Source of the DNA: an uncultured Planctomycetia bacterium
Lineage (GTDB): Bacteria > Omnitrophota > Gorgyraeia > 2-02-FULL-51-18
DNA: 43,451 nucleotides
Direction: 5' to 3'
Assembly: GCA_964543965.1 (NCBI GenBank)
Contig: CAZJAX010000002.1
Location: 1-43,451, forward strand
Below, one piece after another: positions 9,473-17,500 of the stretch. The position numbers and the translations under genes are program-made. The notes beneath the pieces were generated by a model. That model was not told where the DNA came from, did not search any database, and worked only from the letters and a program-made list of their open reading frames with translations. Within the stretch, counting starts at the first letter, position 1; each line of letters starts with the position of its first letter.

Positions 9473-10585
9473 TCAAGCCAGCTGCAGCGAAGCCTGGTGG
9501 AGGAGCTGCCATTCCGCGCGCGCTTTCTCAAAGTCTGCCCGCGCTTTATTTATTTTGTCTAGGGCGCCCTGCTTGACGCTCGCCTCCCAAACGGCCAGGT
9601 TTTGAACGAGCGCTTCGTATTGCAGATGGATCGCCTGCCTGAGGGCGGCGTTCTTAGGTAGATCTTTGACGGCCGTGAGCCGGTCGCTCAGCAGCTGTTT
9701 CTCTGAGGAGAGGACGGCGCCCAGAATGCTGAACCGGGAGACCTTCTGAAGATCCCATGCCATGCCGAGAAACGAAAGCGCGCGGATCGCCCATTTGCTC
9801 GGATCCCATTGGTACCAGCGGATGGCATTGCGATAGTCGGTGGGGAAGCGGTGGTGGAAACTGTGATATCCTTCGCCGTTGGTGAGGAGCGCCGCGAACC
9901 AGTTGTCTCTGGCGCTGGCGCGGAAATCGAAGGTGGGTTTGCCGAAAGTATGGCAGACGGAGTTGATGCAGAATGTGGCATGGTATACAAAAGTCAGTCT
10001 GAGGCAGACGGACAGGATGAATCCGCCAAGCGCGTTTCCGGCCAAGGCTCCAAGAACGACGGGAAGAACAATGCCCGCCCCCACGCCCCAAAGCACGTAC
10101 AGACGATGCTGGTTCATTAAGAGGCCGTTTTTCATAAGGTCTTTGGAATTGTTGTAGTCCGGCTGCTGCTGCCAGAGCGTCATCCACCCGATGTGCGCAT
10201 ACCAGAATCCTTTTTTGATGCTATAAGGATCTTTGTCTGTGTCCACGTAACGGTGATGGTCGCGGTGTCCTGACGACCAGGTCAGAGCCGATTGTTCGAA
10301 TGCGGCCGCACCGAAGAAAAGCACCAGAAAGTGGATGAGCGGGTTGGCTTTGAACGTGCTGTGGGAATAAAGTCTGTGGTAACCGACCGTGATGCTGAGT
10401 CCGGTCGCCCCGACGTAGAACAGAAAAAGCAGTATCTGGGGAAGCGAGAGACCGTACCGCTGTATATAAAGCGGCGTGCCTATGACCGCGACCAGCGTCG
10501 TCACGATGAAAAAGGAGAGGGTGGGCCAATTAAGCTTGCGGATCATTTTAGTGCCGGTGCTCATTCGATACCTCGTGTTGTCCAA
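9473..10585 (-). CDS. Acyl-CoA (delta-9 type) fatty acid desaturase with C-terminal coiled-coil extension
   Basis: Three histidine boxes are present: HRLYSH, HRDHHRYVDTD and HSFHHRFP. There are four TM helices. Confidence 0.9.
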   Translation of the reverse strand: MDNTRYRMSTGTKMIRKLNWPTLSFFIVTTLVAVIGTPLYIQRYGLSLPQILLFLFYVGATGLSITVGYHRLYSHSTFKANPLIHFLVLFFGAAAFEQSALTWSSGHRDHHRYVDTDKDPYSIKKGFWYAHIGWMTLWQQQPDYNNSKDLMKNGLLMNQHRLYVLWGVGAGIVLPVVLGALAGNALGGFILSVCLRLTFVYHATFCINSVCHTFGKPTFDFRASARDNWFAALLTNGEGYHSFHHRFPTDYRNAIRWYQWDPSKWAIRALSFLGMAWDLQKVSRFSILGAVLSSEKQLLSDRLTAVKDLPKNAALRQAIHLQYEALVQNLAVWEASVKQGALDKINKARADFEKARAEWQLLHQASLQLA

Positions 10586-10630
10586 TCTGTGAAATTTAAA
10601 GAGTTATTATAAAGGAAAAAAAACTCCCAG

Positions 10631-11428
10631 TCATTGAGATTCCTTTGCATATACGCGGACATAATCGATCTCGTGGTACTGAGGAAAAGGCGTCTTCTTC
10701 GTCGGGTTGCCCGGCCAGTTGCCGCCGACCGCTGTGTTGAGTATGATCCTCATCGGCACTTTGGGCACATGCTGCCGTGTGGAAAACCTGAGTTTGCCGT
10801 CGACGTACCACCGTATCTCTTCAGGCTCCCATTCCACGGCGAAAACATGAAACTTTTTTGAGAAATCGGGCCCGACAAACGATTCGCCGTGGCTTCGCGC
10901 GCCTGATTTTGTGCTGTAATGAACGTTAAAATGTACTTTGTCGGGCCGATGGCCGAGGAGTTCCATGATGTCGATCTCCGGCGGCCAGCTGTTGTCGTCC
11001 GGCATCATCCAATGCGCGGGCCAGATACCCTGCCCTTTAGGCAGTTTGGCGCGGATCTCGACACGCCCGTAAAGAAGCTTGAATTTTCCGTGTGTTTCCA
11101 CCAGTCCCGAAGTGAATTGGCGTCCGCCCATGGCTTGTCGGCGGCTCCTCAGCGTCAGAAGGCCGCTGCGGACGTATACTTCGTCGGGGCTGTAATATTG
11201 AAGCTCATTATTTTTGACCAGCGCCGCATCCTCAGCGGTCCATTTGGTCTTATCGAGAGCGATCCCGTCAAACTCGTCGTTCCAGACCTGCTTCCAGGAT
11301 GTCTTTTTTGCTTCGGCCTCGTGAGCGGGAAGAGCGATCGCCAGCGTAAAGGCTAGCGACAAAAGAACCGTTCTTCGGATGTTTGACGACGCAGGGCTCA
11401 CACTTAAATTATACCTGAAATCACCCAA
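10631..11428 (-). CDS. Secreted family 16 glycoside hydrolase (beta-glucanase/laminarinase type)
   Basis: Signal peptide, then the catalytic motif WPPEIDIMELLG (ExDxxE) and the WNDEFDG start of the GH16 jelly roll. Confidence 0.85.
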   Translation of the reverse strand: MGDFRYNLSVSPASSNIRRTVLLSLAFTLAIALPAHEAEAKKTSWKQVWNDEFDGIALDKTKWTAEDAALVKNNELQYYSPDEVYVRSGLLTLRSRRQAMGGRQFTSGLVETHGKFKLLYGRVEIRAKLPKGQGIWPAHWMMPDDNSWPPEIDIMELLGHRPDKVHFNVHYSTKSGARSHGESFVGPDFSKKFHVFAVEWEPEEIRWYVDGKLRFSTRQHVPKVPMRIILNTAVGGNWPGNPTKKTPFPQYHEIDYVRVYAKESQ

Positions 11429-11460
11429 AATGAGCCAAAAATGACCGCCTCGTGAATCAT

Positions 11461-11489
11461 TTGAAATATGGCGCCCCGTAGGGCATACT
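11461..11489 (+). promoter_or_regulatory. Sigma-70-like promoter of giant ORF 1 (TTGAAA-N17-CATACT)
   Basis: TTGAAA at 11461-11466 and CATACT at 11484-11489. The same arrangement and flanking bases (TCATTtGAAAT...CCCC.GTAgGGCATACTTTA) recur upstream of giant ORF 2. Confidence 0.55.
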
Positions 11490-11541
11490 TTATCAAACTA
11501 TTTATTGACCTAACTTCACACCCCGTTGATGAGGTAAACCG

Positions 11542-14500
11542 TTGGGAAAGTATTGCCCCTTTCTTAAAGTAATATCCATAGTCTTAGTAATAGCTTTTAT
11601 GACGCAGGATGCGGCGATAAGCGCGCCCGAGGTCATGAGGGTTGCGGAGCGCTATGCCGAGCGCCGGCCTGACATCGAGTGGGCGCGCCGTCTTCTGCCC
11701 GCTATCCCAGAATCTGTGGCCGCGATCGAAGACGCCTGGAACGGCGGCGGCCGGCGCACCGTGCTTCTTGTGCAGGATGCCCACACGAATAATTCGGCGC
11801 AGCTGAACGAAGCGGCGCTCCTGGATATTTTGTATTCACAGACCGAGGATCTCTCGCGCCGCCTTTATCTCGAGGCCGGAAGCGGCGATGAATCGATCTC
11901 CTTTTTCAGGTCTTATGCGGAGGCAGAAAAGCGGCGCCGGGTCGCCAGAAATTTTCTCCTTCAGGCTAAGCTCCAGGGAGTCGAATACCTCGATCTGACG
12001 AGCGGACACGATTTTGTCCTTTACGGCGTTGAGGACATGACGCTTTACGAGAGATCCGTCGAGCTTTACCGCGCGATCTCGGGTAAGCGGGAAAAGCTGA
12101 AAAATTATCTCGATCGCGTGGAAAATACGGCCGAAGCGCTCAAACCCCGCCTGCTCAACCCCTTTCTTTTAGCCTTCGATCGAACGCGCCTCAAATATGC
12201 AAGGCAGGAGATCTCGACCACCGAATATTTCGGGCTTTTGGCGGCGCAGGCCAAGAGAATAGGCCTGCCATTTGAATACCCACATCTTAAAACCTTAAAC
12301 AAACTGCGAGAGGCTGAGCAGCGTATTGATTTTAGAAAAGCTTCTGAGGAAGAGCATCGCGCTCTCTTGTCGCTGCGCGATGAGGACCGCTTGCAGGCGC
12401 AGGAACTTCTGAAGGCTCCGTCTAAGCACGGCCAAAGGAACGACACCGCTTTTTTCCATCTTCTGAAGGACAAGATCGCTGATCTGCCGCTATATCCGAA
12501 CCTATCGCTTTATCTGGACTACCTGAAAGAGGCCGAGTCGCTCAATTCGAAGGAGATCCTGAAGGAACAGAGATCGCTCGAAGAGGCTATCGCTAAGGCA
12601 CTCACCGTCCATGCCGATGAGACGGCGTTGATGAAAGCGGTCGAACACGTGCAGGCGCTGAAGCAGCTGCTCTATCTGAAATTCACTCCCGACGATTACG
12701 AATCCTACAAAAAAAACCGCGGCGCTTCCGGGATCCGCGGGCTTACAGGATTTCTCAACCGAAAGATCATGGACGGGAAGGAGCACTACGACAAGACGCT
12801 CTTTTTGGAAGAAGGTTATGATGAAGCGGTGCGTGAATGCGAGAGTTTCTATGAGCTGACACGCGAAAGGGACCGGGCATTTTTGGCGAACATGACCGCG
12901 GCGGATGACGGGAAGCCGCTGCGCGTACTGGTCGCAGGCGGATACCACACGTCCAATCTGAAGGAGCTTTTGAAGAAACAGGGCACATCCTACATCTCTC
13001 TGATGCCGCAGGTTTTCAGCGAGACCAACATGGAGCGGTACGAAGAGATCCTTCTGGGGCAGAAGTCGGTTTTCGGAAAAACCTCGATCCCCGCTGCGGG
13101 TTCCGCCAACATGACGCGCCGTCAGACGCTGACTCCCGCCGGCGCAGCCCGTCTGGCTGAGGCGCTGGATCTGAGCGAAGCCCAGACGCGCGAAGTTTTG
13201 GCGTCTGCCGCCGCAAAAGGTTCCGGGGAAAATCTGCCGGCTCCGGGAGCGCGTTTGGCGGCTCCCGGCGAGATACCCCAAAAGAAGGCCGAAGCGGCGG
13301 CTTCCCGGCCAGAGATCATCCGTCGCAGCGAGGATAGGCTGCGTGCCGCCCTCCTCCAGAAGGGCAGTCTTGATCTTTTCGTCGGCGAGCTCGACGCGGC
13401 GCTGCGGTCCAAACTCCATCGCTTCGCTTTTCACGCGCAGATAGACAAGCTGGTCAGCGATAATCTGAACACGCAGCCCAGCCTCGCCACCGCGCTTCAC
13501 TGGAAGATCGAAGCCCTCAAGCAGGAGATCCAAGAAAGACGCTTCGAGGCGGTCAAAGGCATCATGTACCGCGACATCATCCAGTTTTACGAAGGAGACA
13601 AGTGGGGGATAGGAGATGTTTGGAACCGTATGCGGACCCTTGATCAGGGACGCATCACTCTCGACTACAACATGCTCTCGAAGCAGCGATACGGCATGCA
13701 GCTCAGGGAACCCGGAGATCTTTCCGACGAAGACTGGGAAGGCGCGATCGAAAAAATATTATCCGACCGCTCGGATGGCTCGGTCCTGATACAAAGCCTT
13801 CGCGGTGTGACCGGCAGGGACTGGCTCGCGGCCGCCGATATCGCGGCGCCTATCCATGTGATGCGCGTTCAGGAAGGTCTTTTCCAGGGCGTGTTTCTCG
13901 TCCTCGCGCCTCTCGGCGACGGAAGCTTCGTGCCGTTCATCCTGATGCTGGCCAAAAACACCAAGGAAAAGTCGGGGATCGTCGCCGAAGAATTCCGGCG
14001 GCTCGCGCCTTTCAGCTCCAAGGAAGGCATCGTGCATGTGATGAGGAGCGGTTCGGTGCCTGTCAAGGCTGCCGCGGACTCCGGCCAGCTGGCATTTTAT
14101 ACCAGCCGATTTCTCGATCATCACGACGAGGTGATCTTGATCTTTTCAAAAGAAAAGCCTGACGATCTCAGCCGGGTCAAGGTACGCTTCAATTCCAATT
14201 TTTTCTGGCGCGGATACGATTTCGAAAAGGATGAACGCGTAAACGAGCTTGCCGGCATGATCTCGCTGTTCGTCTATTTTTCCGAGCCGCAGAACGGCAC
14301 CATGATCGACGGTTTCAGTATCGGCGCCGGCGATGCTAACCATAACGAGCTCTATGAGCCCGGCTCAGCTCTGCCTGAGCGAAAGCATCCGCACACGCTC
14401 ATCGCATACAGAGGAAGTGTCCCGACAGACATCCCCGGTTTCATTTCCGAGCTTTTCGGCCTTCGCTATCTCGATACCTATTTTGAGGACTGGTCGAGCG

Positions 14501-17500
14501 CGGATCCTGCAACCAAGCAGATTCTTTATCGAAAAAGGGAGTCGGACTGGGTGCCTAGCTTCATCATCGACGCGGTGCTCGAAGCGCTGAAGCGGGGGTT
14601 GATCCGCAAATACGGCGAAACCGACGGGCCGTTGATAGCGCGCCAATGGCTCGAACATTATCTGAACCAGATCCGGCGCCGTCCCGAGCTTGAGCCTGTC
14701 ACCGTCTCGCCTCGCACGCACGTCCTCACCTCGCCGAAAAAACCCATCTTTACTCGCGCGCGCATCGAGCGGTTCATCCGAGAGGAGCTGACGCCCGGAG
14801 CCCGTCTGGCGTCAGACGCAGAAATTTACGGCCGTATGCTGGCGTTCGACGCGCGCATCGTGCCGCTCCAACAGAAAGCAGATCTGCTCGAAAGGAGGAT
14901 CGAATCCGAGGAAGGATCCGCACACGCATTTTTACCCGACGGTCATCCGCTGATCAAGCAGCTGCGTGATGTCCGGGCGGATCTGGCGGCTGCGCATCTT
15001 GAGCTCAAGGCCGAGATCCAGGCATATATCAAAGAGCCCGCGGCTGATGCGGCGGATCCCGACGCAGCCGGAGACCGCAACGAACGAGCGGCCGTGTATG
15101 ACGTCTTCGTCGGGTTTCAAGAAAGAACCTACGAGTCTCAGAGGCGCATTTGGACGATCAACCGGCGCCTGGCCCAGTTTGCCCGAAAGATGGGAGTGAG
15201 TACGCCGCATTTTACCCGATTAGAAAAAGCGGCTGACCCGCATTGGACGATGGATCATATCCTGAGAGTCACGATGAGAGCGATCCTCGTGGCGCACGAA
15301 TACGGCCTGCGCGGAAAAGAACTCAAAGAGCTGGCGCTCGGAGCGATGATCCATGATCTCGGAAAAACGAAAACATCCAAGTATCTTCTCAACGCGGTCC
15401 CCGCGGAAATGCCCGAGGGAGGGTATGACGAGATCCGGAAACACGTCATGACGGGCGGCGTGCTCTTCAGGGAAGCCTATCTTTATTTCGAATATCTGAA
15501 AAGAAGAACAGAGATCCTTGCGGCGGTCCAGCGGCGTGTGTCCGGCTGGATCTACCGCCTTTGGGACCGGCTGGAGAGTGTCGCGGGATGGGACATTTAC
15601 ACTGGGATCAAAGGGTCTCTGCCGCTGACAGTGGGTCCTATCAACAAGGTGCTGTGGGATATCGGCGATATCTCGAGGCTTATCGAGATCCCGGAACTGG
15701 AAGATATCCTAAAGGCCCTGCGCACGGATTCGTCTCTTTACCGCAGGGTCAGCCAGATCATTTTGGAGCATCATGAGACGCTTAATGCGACCGGATATCC
15801 GGACCGCATTAAAAATGAAAATCCGATATCGCACATCGTCCAGCTGGCCGACATCCATGACGCGGCGCGTTCGCCCCGCCCTTACAAGCGCACGCGGCCC
15901 AAGTCCTGGGAAGAGATCTCCGATATCAGCGCGCAGTTCAGCCGCAGCTCCGGCGTTCTTTTCCTGCCGGCGGCCGTGGACGCGTGGAAGAGGGTCGCTT
16001 GGGATAAGTCCGTCATCGGAGCGCGTTTATCCGATGAGAGGGCGGATGAAAAGAATGATTGGTCGGGATGGAAGGGCGTGGAATTTCTGCGGCTGAAGCA
16101 GGAGCTTGCCGGAAGCCTCTCGGAGCGCGACCGCGCGCTTCTGAAGGATATCCTGACGTCGGAATACGGCATGAATGCCGATAAGCTGGCTGATCTGATC
16201 AAGCGGGAGCCGGGGAAGGTTTATATCAAATCGGATGAAATCGATCCCACTTGGGGCGAGGGAAGAAAAGTCTATCTTGAGCTGGACGCCGAGAGTCAAA
16301 GGAATCTGGGGAAGAAAGTGCTGGCGCTCAAAGGCGTACGGCCGCAATACGACGAAACGGGAGAAGCGCTGCCTTACGACGATTTTATTTCTCTCGGGTT
16401 AGACCGCCGTCCTTTGGTGATCCGTGATGGAATGCTGGCGGTGGGCACCCCCGTGATCGCGCCTAAAGGCGGCATGGCAGAAAAACGAGCCGAGCTCGAG
16501 TATGACGAGATGGAGACGGCGGCTGTAGAGGCGGGTTTCGGCACCGAGACTGCGATGGCTCTGGGATATTTCAGCGGAAAGAATTTCAGAGGCCAAAGGC
16601 TGGCGTTCGTGATTTCGGCGCTGGATGGAACGGACGAGCGTCTGGCGATCGCGCCCGGCCGCTCGCGCAACGGAGAGGATCCTGTCCGCGTGCTGCACGC
16701 GTCGAACATGAAGGACGGAAACGGCACCCGGTTCTCTCTGCCCACGAGCCTTGAGTTCATGAAGGCCATAGGAAAGGCGCTTAGAGCCTATCATTTCAGG
16801 GAAAATCAAAGCCGCGCCTCAGGATCTCCGGTGCGCCGTTTTCACCGCTACCCGCACTTCGGAAATCTTGAGATCGTGCGCGATGCGGACTTGAACGTGA
16901 TCCGAGTCAACATTCACGACCTGGATACGACGTTAAGATCCGAAGATCTCGGGGCTGCAGACGCGGATCCGGAATTCCTGGAAACGGGCCACCGGATCAT
17001 CGATCTTCTGATGATCATCTATCTTTTGAATATGGAGTCCAGCATGGTGCCCTCCTCGGAGAGCTCCGCAGAGCTGACCTCGGCGTTTCTGGAGGGATAT
17101 TTCTATGATTCAGAGATCAAAAGCGCCAGGTTCCAGACCATGCTCGCGGCGCTGCAGAACCCCCTTCTTCACCGCATGGTCGATATGCTTAAGACAAAAC
17201 ATTTCGGGATCAATACGGATCTGTTCGGACCCTTAGGCGAACATCATCCGCTTCTAGGGGGTCTGTGGAGGGAGCTGTCGGAGCTGCGCGGCAGAGAGGA
17301 TCGGTCGATCTCGGCAGCGCGCTTAGCCGTCGACCGCGATGCTTTATCGGCTCAGTTTTCCGTCCTGGATAATCAGATCGACCGGAGCAAGCGCCTGCTT
17401 GTGTCCTCGGATGACGGAGGCCTGAAATTCGTCGATACAACGCGCGGAAGACTCGATTACGCCAAAAACCTTCTGCGGGACGGCGATGTGTATGACTTAC

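Noticed and set aside
9457-9531. The 25-codon N-terminal extension of the VanZ ORF
   Set aside because: The extension is Arg/Ser-rich and overlaps the 3' end of the desaturase gene. The internal Met immediately precedes the first TM helix.
11482-11492. Reading GGCATACTTTA as a sigma-54 (-24 GG / -12 GC) promoter
   Set aside because: There is no GC dinucleotide at the required 10-bp spacing after GG in any of the copies. A TTGnnn hexamer 16-17 bp upstream fits a sigma-70-type promoter better.
12502-13533. 343-aa minus-strand ORF inside giant ORF 1. The same applies to 18256..18945, 19900..20721 and 20899..21795.
   Set aside because: All are antisense shadow ORFs with Arg/Leu/Gly-rich composition and no motifs. 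The plus-strand frame carries clear domain signatures and a paralogue.
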